IMG/VR virus record: IMGVR_UViG_3300017589_000047 | Location: 1-64,000 of that record | Origin: a virus | DNA: 64,000 nucleotides | Direction: 5' to 3' (one strand) | Part shown: one piece after another, positions 43,119 to 51,540 of the stretch | Layout: each line of letters begins with the position of its first letter | Numbering within the stretch: the stretch's first letter is position 1 | Program-made: the position numbers and the translations under genes | The notes under the pieces: generated by a model | What the model saw: only the letters and a program-made list of their open reading frames with translations | What the model was told of the DNA's origin: nothing | Database searches by the model: none

Positions 43119-43873
43119 TACCTATAGATGATGGGAATGGAAATATTGAATATGTCGATTTGGTAATCACAGAAGACAATATATTACTCCCTTTAAACAC
43201 TAGAATAATACAAGGTGGAAACGAAGATTTACTTCCTCCAACAAGAGATATATCAGAAGAAATTGACGGAACAAATGGCGAATATTATGAGGAAACAGAA
43301 TTTGAAGCAAGAAGTTTTGAACTGGCGACTGTTACACAAGAAGGATTAACCCATAGTGAAATTTATAATTTGAAACGTGACATTGCTTCAATTCTAAATC
43401 CTTTAAATGGGACTAAGTCTTTAGTATATTTAATTGAACCTGATAAAAAATACATGGTTGATGTAAACGGAAAAATCGAAGTTACTCCATACCCTACTTG
43501 GTTTCAATTTAATATTCCATTAATTATGCATGACCCTTTCATTATATCAACTTTTGAAAAAAGTTTAATTGGCAGTGGAACAATTAAAAACGAAGGTACG
43601 CATAAAACAGGATTAATAATTGAAATATCTGGTCCTATTGGATTTGATGAAACAGTTGAAATTATAATCGGAGATAATGTTTTAACTTATACTGGATATT
43701 TAACATCTGATAACAAAGTAATAATTGATACTGAAAAATACGTTGCTAAAACCTTATATTATAATATAACAGAAGGATTTAACAATGTATATCCAATGCT
43801 AAATTCTGGCGAAGAACTTAATGTTATAGCTCCAAATAATGTTAAAATTAATTGGTTTGATAAATGGATTTAA
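43097..43873 (+). CDS. Distal tail protein (Dit-like), second copy
   Basis: Aligns by eye with the upstream gene (ELATVTQEGLT...LNPLNGTKSLVY...PTWFQFNIPL...DPFI...GTIKNEGT...IIEISGP). Confidence 0.55.
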   Translation: MEGKMAMIPIDDGNGNIEYVDLVITEDNILLPLNTRIIQGGNEDLLPPTRDISEEIDGTNGEYYEETEFEARSFELATVTQEGLTHSEIYNLKRDIASILNPLNGTKSLVYLIEPDKKYMVDVNGKIEVTPYPTWFQFNIPLIMHDPFIISTFEKSLIGSGTIKNEGTHKTGLIIEISGPIGFDETVEIIIGDNVLTYTGYLTSDNKVIIDTEKYVAKTLYYNITEGFNNVYPMLNSGEELNVIAPNNVKINWFDKWI

Positions 43874-43885
43874 GGAAGTGATAAA

Positions 43886-46051
43886 ATGCAAATACCTAAA
43901 TATATAGAAATAAAAATCAATGATAAAACGGTAGCTTTTTTATCGCCTAATGATGGACTAAAGGATGTATATTCTGATACCCGACTGAATGGCGAATCTA
44001 CTTTAGAATTTAGTTTGCCCTCTAATAGCGAAAAGATATCCGAACTAATGACTGAATGCGAAATATATGCTAATTTTAAAGTTTATAATTTATTGAAAGA
44101 TGAAGCCGTTGAAGAAGTTATGGATGAATCAGGCAAAACTTGGTCTAAGTTCATGGCTGTCGAGAGATGGAATAAACTTGACACAGAATATGTTGAACCT
44201 TATATATCTAACGACCCATCTATCCCGTACCCTGCTGATTTGGCAGTTATAATCGTTGGTGGTGGAACTAATTTAACAAGTGGTATATATCCTACTGGAA
44301 CTGCTGCTCATGCTCTATATTCCATATTACAAGGCTCTAGTTGGTCTATGGGAATATGTGATGTTACTGGCATTCATGATTTGGAATTGGAAAAACAAAG
44401 TCGATTATCAATTATTAAAGAAATTCAAAATAAATGGGGTGGTTTTCTTGTATGGGATAGCGTTAATAAGACCGTTCATCTTAGAAGTGGCTCACTCTGG
44501 CAAATATACAGGGGAACAAAATTTAGATATGCTAAAAATCTAAAACATATCGCAAGAACGCAATCTAATAAATTAACTACTAGGTTATTTTGCTTTGGCA
44601 AAGATAATCTGGATATTGCCTCTGTTAATAGTGGAATAAAATATTTAACTGACTTTAGTTATTCTAGCAACATTTACACGGATACTTATATCAATTCCGA
44701 TATTGAAGATGCAGAAGAATTAAAACAACTTGGATATGCAGAATTGGCTATAAACTGTAAGCCAAGATATAATTACAAAGCTAAGGTTGTAGATTTAAGC
44801 ACATTAGGAGATTTATATGACGAAACTATTCGATTAGGAGAGATGGTTGATATAATAAATTCTAAACTTGCAATTATTGATAATGTTAGGATTATCCGCC
44901 ATAAATATAATATCTTTCAACCTTGGAATTGCGAATTAGAACTTGGAGACCCAATAGAAAGGCTTGTAGAGAAATTAAAAGCTTCTTTTGATACTACCGG
45001 GTTCATTAATAATACCTTTGATTCTAGTGGTAATATATCTGGTAATAAATTGGTTGATGGTTCTGTTATAAATAATAAAATTGCTAATGCAGCTTTGGAC
45101 GCATCTAAATTTAACACTAAACAAATTATACTAGCTGGCGATGCTTGGAGCGATAATACCCCTTCTAGTGGCTATGTATCATGGATTGCTCATAAGTTAT
45201 TTTATGGCGGTGTTGAATATAGTATTATAGCAGGAAACACTAATAAAAAATATATTGTTTGGCAAAAAAGTAATAGTTCTATAATATATCAATGCTATAC
45301 AGAAGATGAATTTGCATTGGTTAATTTAGCAGAAAGTGAATTTGTTATTGCTGTAAATAATAGCGGATTGCATGACATTGCTTGGTACAGTCGTTTAGCA
45401 AGACAATTTATAGGTAGTATTTTTATTGCTGATGCTGCTATTAAAACTGCTGCTATACAAGATTTGGCCGTTACGAATGGAAAGATAGCTGATTTAACAA
45501 TTACAAGTGCTAAGATAGGATATGCTGCTATAAAAAGTGCTAACATTGACGATTTAGCTGTTACTACTTTTAAGATTGGCGATACTACTATAACAGAAGC
45601 GAAGCTTGCTAATCTGGCGGTTACTTCAAATAAATTAGATAATTTAGCGGTTACGAATGCCAAAATTGCCAATTTAGCAGTAACAGATGCAAAGATAGGA
45701 AGCTTATCAGCTGGTAAGATTACTGCTGGAACTATTACTGCTTTGATAAGTATTGAATCTCCTAAACTTTATAGTGGTAAGTATTATGGTTCAAGTTCAA
45801 GTAGTGCTTTTCTTGAAGTCGGCACTACTAATGGTAATTTAGCCGATTTGTCATTGTTTAGAGGTGGAACTTCTAAGCCTATGTTTCAAGTATATGATGG
45901 TACGCCTATAGTTTTATTAAAAGCATTAAATTCATCTAATGTCTTAAGCACTTTCCTAGAAACTACAGGAGATACAAGTAAGCCTAGAGGAAGTTGGGAT
46001 TTTTCAAGTGCTATTGTTAGCGGAATAGCCACTACAGCAACATTCAAATAA
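43886..46051 (+). CDS. Tail-associated lysin / minor structural protein (Tal-like) with a C-terminal fibre repeat region
   Basis: The N-terminus MQIPKYIEIKINDKTVAFLSPNDGLKDVYSDTRLNGESTLEFSLP is the prophage-tail-endopeptidase type. The C-terminus has AVTNxKIxxL-type repeats. Confidence 0.7.
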   Translation: MQIPKYIEIKINDKTVAFLSPNDGLKDVYSDTRLNGESTLEFSLPSNSEKISELMTECEIYANFKVYNLLKDEAVEEVMDESGKTWSKFMAVERWNKLDTEYVEPYISNDPSIPYPADLAVIIVGGGTNLTSGIYPTGTAAHALYSILQGSSWSMGICDVTGIHDLELEKQSRLSIIKEIQNKWGGFLVWDSVNKTVHLRSGSLWQIYRGTKFRYAKNLKHIARTQSNKLTTRLFCFGKDNLDIASVNSGIKYLTDFSYSSNIYTDTYINSDIEDAEELKQLGYAELAINCKPRYNYKAKVVDLSTLGDLYDETIRLGEMVDIINSKLAIIDNVRIIRHKYNIFQPWNCELELGDPIERLVEKLKASFDTTGFINNTFDSSGNISGNKLVDGSVINNKIANAALDASKFNTKQIILAGDAWSDNTPSSGYVSWIAHKLFYGGVEYSIIAGNTNKKYIVWQKSNSSIIYQCYTEDEFALVNLAESEFVIAVNNSGLHDIAWYSRLARQFIGSIFIADAAIKTAAIQDLAVTNGKIADLTITSAKIGYAAIKSANIDDLAVTTFKIGDTTITEAKLANLAVTSNKLDNLAVTNAKIANLAVTDAKIGSLSAGKITAGTITALISIESPKLYSGKYYGSSSSSAFLEVGTTNGNLADLSLFRGGTSKPMFQVYDGTPIVLLKALNSSNVLSTFLETTGDTSKPRGSWDFSSAIVSGIATTATFK

Positions 46052-46068
46052 ATAAAGGGGGTGACATT

Positions 46069-46338
46069 TTGGATACATTTAATATCTATGAAAGTGATGG
46101 AATTGAATATTGCGAAAAGAATGAAGAGATATATCATTCAGCTTCTAATATTATAAGGTTGATGAATGAGCATAATTTCTACGGCATTGATTTTATTGAA
46201 TTTGCTAATGGTAATTTGAGATTTTATGATAAAAATAAAAATACTTTAATTGAAAATGTACCATATGAAATGATTCAAAATAGGATATTTATTCCTAAGA
46301 CCTATTACGAAAATACAATGTTGCCATTAATTGTATAA
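46069..46338 (+). CDS. Hypothetical protein
   Basis: 89-aa ORF with GGGGGTG RBS. Confidence 0.45.
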   Translation: MDTFNIYESDGIEYCEKNEEIYHSASNIIRLMNEHNFYGIDFIEFANGNLRFYDKNKNTLIENVPYEMIQNRIFIPKTYYENTMLPLIV

Positions 46339-46412
46339 TTATCTTGTATAAATTTAGCAATGTGTGTTATAATAAAATAATGAAATATTAAAATAATGGA
46401 GGATTAATAGTA

Positions 46413-47018
46413 ATGAAAAATAGAATAAAATATTTTATGATTGGATTTTTAATTTGTTTTGTTTTAATGACGACAACTCCGGTATTAGCAGACACGATAT
46501 TACAAAAAATAGACGTAATTTTAAACACAGTAAAAGTAGACGTTAATGGTAAAAAATTAAATACAAATAGCATATTATATAACGGAACAGTTTATATTCC
46601 AATAAGAGATGTATCGGAAGCTTTAGAAAAAGATGTTATCTGGGACCAAGATACAATGACGGTAAGTATAAACAATAAAACGGATAACGATATTAAAAAT
46701 ATTGCGAAATACAATGAATTCATTAAAAAATTTGATTTAAAAGACGATATGTCAGCAAAGCTTAATGATAAAACATATTCGTATTATAAGTTTTCTTATA
46801 ACGGTGATTTAAACGACGATGAGTTTAATACATGGATTTCTGAATATTCAAACGAACTAAATTCTTACTTCAAAGCTTCATATAATAGCTTGGGCACTTA
46901 CGGAGTATTAAATACAATAGTTGAATTTACCAAAGCTTCAGATAATGGTGTTGAGTATTGGATAGGTAGAGTTATTAATGATTCAGAAGGGCTTATAATA
47001 GAAGTAAACAGGAAATAA
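46413..47018 (+). CDS. Secreted protein with a copper-amine-oxidase-N-terminal-like (stalk) domain
   Basis: Signal peptide MIGFLICFVLMTTTPVLA, then VDVNGKKLNTNSILYNGTVYIPIRDVSEALEKDVIWDQDTMTVSI. Confidence 0.55.
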   Translation: MKNRIKYFMIGFLICFVLMTTTPVLADTILQKIDVILNTVKVDVNGKKLNTNSILYNGTVYIPIRDVSEALEKDVIWDQDTMTVSINNKTDNDIKNIAKYNEFIKKFDLKDDMSAKLNDKTYSYYKFSYNGDLNDDEFNTWISEYSNELNSYFKASYNSLGTYGVLNTIVEFTKASDNGVEYWIGRVINDSEGLIIEVNRK

Positions 47019-47046
47019 GTTAAAATAAATATTAAATAGTTATACA

Positions 47047-47077
47047 AGAGCAGTTAAAAATTTAACTGCTCTTTTTT
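47047..47077 (+). terminator. Intrinsic terminator
   Basis: AGAGCAGTTAAA-AA-TTTAACTGCTCT followed by TTTTT. Confidence 0.75.
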
Positions 47078-47100
47078 ATACCTAAAAACAGGAGGATAAT

Positions 47101-48318
47101 ATGAGTTGTGAAAATTGTTTAGGTGATTGCAAGATAGAAAAAAATACAAAAAAAGAATATCAAGATATAACTTCAGCTTTTTTTATACTAACCAATCAAT
47201 GTCCTTTAGCTTGCAGATATTGTTTCGTTAATCAAAATGTTAAAAACATGTCTTATCAAACAGCGCTAGATGCTACTAGCTTTTTAATAAAAAATGCAAA
47301 AGAAAATAACACAACTCCTTCTATAGTATTTTTTGGTGGAGAGCCTTTGGTGCAATGGGATAATATAATTGTGCCCTTATCAAAATATATCAGAGAAGAA
47401 TATAATAAATCGTTTGATTTAAGCATAACAAGTAATTGTGTTTTAATGACAAAAGATAAATTAGATTTTATGAGAGAATACAATATAAAGTTATTGTTTT
47501 CAATGGATGGAGATAAAGAAACACAAGATTATAATAGACCTTTTCATAACAATAAAGGCAGTTTTGACATATTAGATCCTAAGATAGATATGATACATGA
47601 GTATTTTCCAAACGTTACTTTTAGAGCAACTATTCATAAAAATACATGTGCCAATACATTCCATGATATGAAATTTGCCGTAGAAAGAAATTTTAAAAAT
47701 ATGTTTTTTATACCTAATGTGTTTGATGATTGGAGCAAAGAACAAAAAGAAATGTTAACAAATCAAGTTAGAATGTTTGGCGATTACTTTATTGAGAATG
47801 CTAGAAATGATAAGATTGTACATTTAATAAATTTAGATAATATTATTGTGGATATCCCAAATATAAACGAACGCAAAAGAAAGGGAATGGAAAGACTTAT
47901 TTCTAACCATAAATGTGGCTTAGGAACGGGTTTTTGGTCTAGTATTTCAGTAGAAGGTGACATAATTGCTTGTCAAGAAATGCCTACTAATGACAAAGGA
48001 ATTTTTGGAATAGGAAATATTTACGATGGAGAAAATCTTGAAAAAAGAAAGAGATTAAGGTCACTATATGATTCAAAATTAGTACGAGGATTAAATAATT
48101 GCAAAGATTGCAAACTAAAAACTGTCTGTGATGGCGGTTGTATTGCAAATAATTTTATGAATAATGGTGATTTAAATGTTGTATCTGATATGTTTTGTTT
48201 TTGGCAACAACTGCTATTAGAAGAAGCTATAAGAATATGTAATATTTTAGGTAGTGAGAAAAATGAATTATTCAAATCTACTTATTTTTCTGCTCTAAAT
48301 AGTGAGAAGGTGAAATGA
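47101..48318 (+). CDS. Radical SAM enzyme with a C-terminal SPASM domain (peptide/protein-modifying maturase type)
   Basis: CPLACRYC (CX3CX2C). SPASM signature CGLG...GDIIAC ... CKDCKLKTVCDGGC (CX2CX5CX3C) ... C. Confidence 0.85.
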   Translation: MSCENCLGDCKIEKNTKKEYQDITSAFFILTNQCPLACRYCFVNQNVKNMSYQTALDATSFLIKNAKENNTTPSIVFFGGEPLVQWDNIIVPLSKYIREEYNKSFDLSITSNCVLMTKDKLDFMREYNIKLLFSMDGDKETQDYNRPFHNNKGSFDILDPKIDMIHEYFPNVTFRATIHKNTCANTFHDMKFAVERNFKNMFFIPNVFDDWSKEQKEMLTNQVRMFGDYFIENARNDKIVHLINLDNIIVDIPNINERKRKGMERLISNHKCGLGTGFWSSISVEGDIIACQEMPTNDKGIFGIGNIYDGENLEKRKRLRSLYDSKLVRGLNNCKDCKLKTVCDGGCIANNFMNNGDLNVVSDMFCFWQQLLLEEAIRICNILGSEKNELFKSTYFSALNSEKVK

Positions 48319-49163
48319 TGTCTGATTTTATAAATCTACCCTCGTTTCTAAGTCAATCAATATCTACATATGGCATTAATGCTTGTGGAGATTGCCAAGT
48401 TATTTGTACTGGCTGTGAAAGATATGAGGGATGCGGAAGTTGTGAAAGTTGTACAAGTTCATGTACGTATGGCTGTACAGCTTCATGTACATCAAGTTGT
48501 ACGTCAAGCTGTACAAGTAGCCAATGTGGAGATTGCCAAGTTATTTGTACTGGCTGTGAGGGCTGTCAAACGGGTCAGGGATTACCCAAACTTCCAACCC
48601 CAACTTTAAATACGAGCGCAACTATAAAAAAAAGCAACTCCATACAAATAACAATAAATACAGTCGAAGGTGCCACTAGATATTATGCACGAATAAACGG
48701 TGCAAACGAACAAAATTCAGATTCTAAAACCTTTTTATTTAGTGGATTAACACCGCTTATTAAATATTTTATAGAAATTAAAGTTTATGGTGCTTTATAT
48801 GAAGATTCTGAATGGGGTGGTTATTATGCTACTACTTCTGGTGCTTGGGAATGGTGGACACCTAAAACATCTGGGGTTGGTTTTAATGTGGGAGCTGATG
48901 AATGGTTAGCATTCTATACTAGGATTAATGAAATTAGAGTATCGGTGCTGGGTATCGGTAGTGAATATTCGTTTGCAACAGATGCTACATATATATCACC
49001 TGGCAAGGATTATTATGCTTGGATATTCCTGCAAGCTTGTAATGCTATTAACCAAATTAATGGACAAGTATCAACAGAGTTATTAAACGTAGTTTCTGGT
49101 AATGATATTTACGCTTGGTACTTTGAAAATCTTAAAACTGCATTGAATAATGCCATTACTTAA
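48315..49163 (+). CDS. Cys-rich repeat protein fused to an FN3-like and a C-terminal domain (candidate substrate of the rSAM/SPASM enzyme)
   Basis: Its start overlaps the rSAM stop (ATGA). Residues 24-85 hold 17 Cys: CGDCQVICTGCE (twice) flanking SCESCTSSCTYGCTASCTSSCTSSCTSS. LPTPTL...ATRYYARINGA...FSGLTP...IEIKVYG is FN3-like. Confidence 0.7.
   Translation: MMSDFINLPSFLSQSISTYGINACGDCQVICTGCERYEGCGSCESCTSSCTYGCTASCTSSCTSSCTSSQCGDCQVICTGCEGCQTGQGLPKLPTPTLNTSATIKKSNSIQITINTVEGATRYYARINGANEQNSDSKTFLFSGLTPLIKYFIEIKVYGALYEDSEWGGYYATTSGAWEWWTPKTSGVGFNVGADEWLAFYTRINEIRVSVLGIGSEYSFATDATYISPGKDYYAWIFLQACNAINQINGQVSTELLNVVSGNDIYAWYFENLKTALNNAIT
48384..48418 (+). repeat. 35-bp perfect direct repeat, copy 1
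   Basis: TGTGGAGATTGCCAAGTTATTTGTACTGGCTGTGA, identical to 48525-48559. The offset is 141 bp (47 codons). Confidence 0.9.
48525..48559 (+). repeat. 35-bp perfect direct repeat, copy 2
   Basis: Identical to 48384-48418. Confidence 0.9.
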
Positions 49164-49284
49164 TCACAGGTTATATTTTAGCTTATATCGAATTTTATTC
49201 AAGTCTTAATGTATTTGTATTGTAACTTATTTTACTAATCGTAAAACTTAATTAAATAGGTCATTTTTTAGTTGCAAAATGTAA

Positions 49285-49318
49285 AAAGCTACTCGAAATT
49301 TGAGTAGCTTTATTTTTT
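49285..49318. terminator. Bidirectional terminator at the convergence point of the two phage arms
   Basis: AAAGCTACTC-GAAATTT-GAGTAGCTTT, flanked by an A-run and a T-run. Confidence 0.75.
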
Positions 49319-49896
49319 TAACTTTCACTTCTTTTGATAAGTGATTTTACTTTTTTATAAGATTCCATGTCTATCATGGCAATAATATTTATTTGTTTAA
49401 TTGCTTTTTTTACATTTGCTTGAATCTGCCATTCGCTGTAATACTTTTTTTCATTCTTAAGATGTTGAGCAACTTCATTCCATGTTTTCGCTTCCCAATA
49501 TTTTAAAGGCAATAATTCTTTTTGGATTTCGGTTAGTCCTTTTAATCCTATCTCTATTTTGTCTAAAATAACTTCTATGCAGTAAATCTCTTTTATTATT
49601 TCTTTGACTGCTTTTTTGTTTTCCTTTGCCTCATTATCAATTGTCTGCTGATAAAGCAATGCTCCGTTTTCAGTTGTCGAATGAAAACTATTTGTATTTG
49701 AATGAGGCATGTCCGATAATTCGTAATTATTAAATGTCATTCCTTTTATGTAATCGTCATCAGCATCTTTTGCATATTCCTTAACTCGTTTTAAATCTGC
49801 ATCTAATGAAAGCTTTATGTTTTTTAGTAATGGCACTAGTGAAAATAGTTCTTTCATTTCTTCGGTTCTGATATATTCTTTTTTTATTCTAAACAC
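49318..49896 (-). CDS. Sigma-region-4-like / ArpU-RinA-type late transcription regulator (tentative)
   Basis: The C-terminus LTEIQKELLPLKYWEAKTWNEVAQHLKNEKKYYSEWQIQANVKKAIKQI is a region-4-type HTH. Last gene of the leftward arm. Confidence 0.5.
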   Translation of the reverse strand: MFRIKKEYIRTEEMKELFSLVPLLKNIKLSLDADLKRVKEYAKDADDDYIKGMTFNNYELSDMPHSNTNSFHSTTENGALLYQQTIDNEAKENKKAVKEIIKEIYCIEVILDKIEIGLKGLTEIQKELLPLKYWEAKTWNEVAQHLKNEKKYYSEWQIQANVKKAIKQINIIAMIDMESYKKVKSLIKRSES

Positions 49897-49903
49897 CTAC
49901 TTT

Positions 49904-50059
49904 CTATTTATCATCTTGTTGTTGTGTTTCTGAATTTGACTTTTCTGTTATTTCCACTTCTACGCATTTATTATAATATTCAAAATCGCAACCCTCGCAA
50001 TTTGTTGATGCACACAAGACTTGTCCGTCCTCAATATGAGCTTTAGCTTTATATGCCAC
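49904..50059 (-). CDS. 51-aa Cys-containing small protein (not in ORF track)
   Basis: GGAGGTAAAGAACA-GTG reads VAYKAKAHIEDGQVLCASTNCEGCDFEYYNKCVEVEITEKSNSETQQQDDK. Confidence 0.35.
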   Translation of the reverse strand: MAYKAKAHIEDGQVLCASTNCEGCDFEYYNKCVEVEITEKSNSETQQQDDK

Positions 50060-50345
50060 TGTTCTTTACCTCCTCGAATATAACCATTTTCTTTTTATCG
50101 TACGCATATTTATATTCTAGATTTGCGCCCTTGCTTATCGTCCAATTTCCAATCATATAAATTGCATCTGAACAATCAATCATTGCATAGCCTATATGCA
50201 TGTAATCATCATAACCTAATCCCAAAGGTAATGTAGCAGGGTTTAAGACAGCATGTCCTAGTTGCTTTAAGTATTCCTCTGCTCTTGAAAATCTTTCTTT
50301 ATAATCCAATGTATTGGTTATTGCACCGCTAATATATATCACCAT
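50049..50345 (-). CDS. DUF4406 (nucleoside 2-deoxyribosyltransferase-like) protein
   Basis: VIYISGAIT...ERFSRAEEYLKQLGHAVLNP...CSDAIYMIGNWTISKGANLEYKYA fits the DUF4406 pattern. Confidence 0.6.
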   Translation of the reverse strand: MVIYISGAITNTLDYKERFSRAEEYLKQLGHAVLNPATLPLGLGYDDYMHIGYAMIDCSDAIYMIGNWTISKGANLEYKYAYDKKKMVIFEEVKNSGI

Positions 50346-50357
50346 TTTTTATTCCTC

Positions 50358-50486
50358 CTAATATTTTTTAAAGTAAAATGTAACTCTACCGCACTTTGTA
50401 CATGTTGCTTTTTTATCTTTGTACCATTCTAAATCCTCATCTTTACAACCTGTAAATGTATGAATTATATAATATATTAGCTCCAT
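50358..50486 (-). CDS. 42-aa small protein (not in ORF track)
   Basis: GGAGGATTAAGA-ATG reads MELIYYIIHTFTGCKDEDLEWYKDKKATCTKCGRVTFYFKKY. Confidence 0.4.
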   Translation of the reverse strand: MELIYYIIHTFTGCKDEDLEWYKDKKATCTKCGRVTFYFKKY

Positions 50487-50488
50487 TC

Positions 50489-50650
50489 TTAATCCTCCTT
50501 TGACGTCTCTTCTTTCGCTTCATATGTAATAAATTTCTTTTCACATTTTAGGCACTTTCTTTTACGTTTTGTTTTTGTTCCGTTCTCTGCTTCTCTGCTA
50601 TCAATCACTACAGTAAAATAATTATCGCAAAATGGACATATCATTTTCAT
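50489..50650 (-). CDS. NrdR-like zinc-ribbon-only protein (53 aa, no ATP-cone; not in ORF track)
   Basis: GGAGGG-ATG reads MKMICPFCDNYFTVVIDSREAENGTKTKRKRKCLKCEKKFITYEAKEETSKED. This matches the NrdR N-terminus pattern CPxC...VxDSR...RRRReCxxCxxRFtTyE. Confidence 0.65.
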   Translation of the reverse strand: MKMICPFCDNYFTVVIDSREAENGTKTKRKRKCLKCEKKFITYEAKEETSKED

Positions 50651-50859
50651 CCCTCCACTTTCTCCATATTAACTATTCTCACACTATTATTAGCTTTTAA
50701 GTCTTTTAACTCGAGTGTATACTGCCACTTATCGCCTTTTAATCGCAATATGCAAGCCGTAACAATGTAATTTGCATTATCATACTTGACTATCTTTTTA
50801 TCTGTTATAGCTCGTTTTACGTCCTTTATGTCCATTATACTTGTCCCTGTTCTTCCCAT
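50647..50859 (-). CDS. Hypothetical protein
   Basis: 70-aa ORF overlapping both neighbours by 4 and 25 nt. Confidence 0.45.
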   Translation of the reverse strand: MGRTGTSIMDIKDVKRAITDKKIVKYDNANYIVTACILRLKGDKWQYTLELKDLKANNSVRIVNMEKVEG

Positions 50860-51209
50860 ATCTCAACTAATATATCTTTGCCATCATAAAATTTTTGTCT
50901 GATTTCCGTAACAAACTCTCTTTTATCGTCCTCTATCAAATAGCCTTTCAATCCATCAACTAACATTTTAGTTAAATATCCATGATTGTCACAATCAAGG
51001 TTACTGTTATAGTTAATGCTTATCACTACAGGGCGTTTAAATAGCTTTTTAGGCACTTTCTGTTGTATCATTGAGTAATACATCAATTCGTGTATTTCGT
51101 CCGCTGTTTTCTTTCTTACTGTCCAATGAATGCCTTTATAAATTTCATTCAATCCGTATTTTTTGCCTACAATTTTTAGAGGTACTGTAAATTTAACCAC
51201 TAATAACAT
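50835..51209 (-). CDS. RusA-like Holliday junction resolvase (tentative)
   Basis: LDCDNHGYLTKMLVDGLKGYLIEDD resembles the RusA D.DN..K...D.L......DD motif. Confidence 0.5.
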   Translation of the reverse strand: MLLVVKFTVPLKIVGKKYGLNEIYKGIHWTVRKKTADEIHELMYYSMIQQKVPKKLFKRPVVISINYNSNLDCDNHGYLTKMLVDGLKGYLIEDDKREFVTEIRQKFYDGKDILVEIWEEQGQV

Positions 51210-51540
51210 CCTCCATTATTTCATCTTCATCAAATTCTATAGGTTTCCAGTTTCTGCAATGATATTGAAATTTTTGTCTATCGATAAATTTCTCTGCTCC
51301 GAATTCCTTACCTGTAGCCTTGCAAATAAGAAATTGCTCTTCATAATCAGCATCGCCATAGTTTTGGTCACCCTGTGGTCGCACATATACCGTCTCGTAA
51401 TCTGTTATAAAATTACCACAAGTTACACAAGCTTTATTCTCAGGATTATAATAACATCTATTTTCATGCCTTTTAGCACTTGATTTATGCTTGTAATACC
51501 TCCTACAGTAGTCGCATTCGAATGCTTTTATTTCTTTCAT
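51193..51540 (-). CDS. Zinc-finger protein
   Basis: CDYCRRYYKHKSSAKRHENRC (C2H2/C2HC-like) and CVTC. Confidence 0.5.
   Translation of the reverse strand: MKEIKAFECDYCRRYYKHKSSAKRHENRCYYNPENKACVTCGNFITDYETVYVRPQGDQNYGDADYEEQFLICKATGKEFGAEKFIDRQKFQYHCRNWKPIEFDEDEIMEDVISG

Noticed and set aside
48370-48609. 79-aa alternative-frame ORF across the Cys-rich coding region
   Set aside because: It is generated by the internal DNA repeats. The main frame is translationally coupled to the rSAM gene and continues into recognisable domains.
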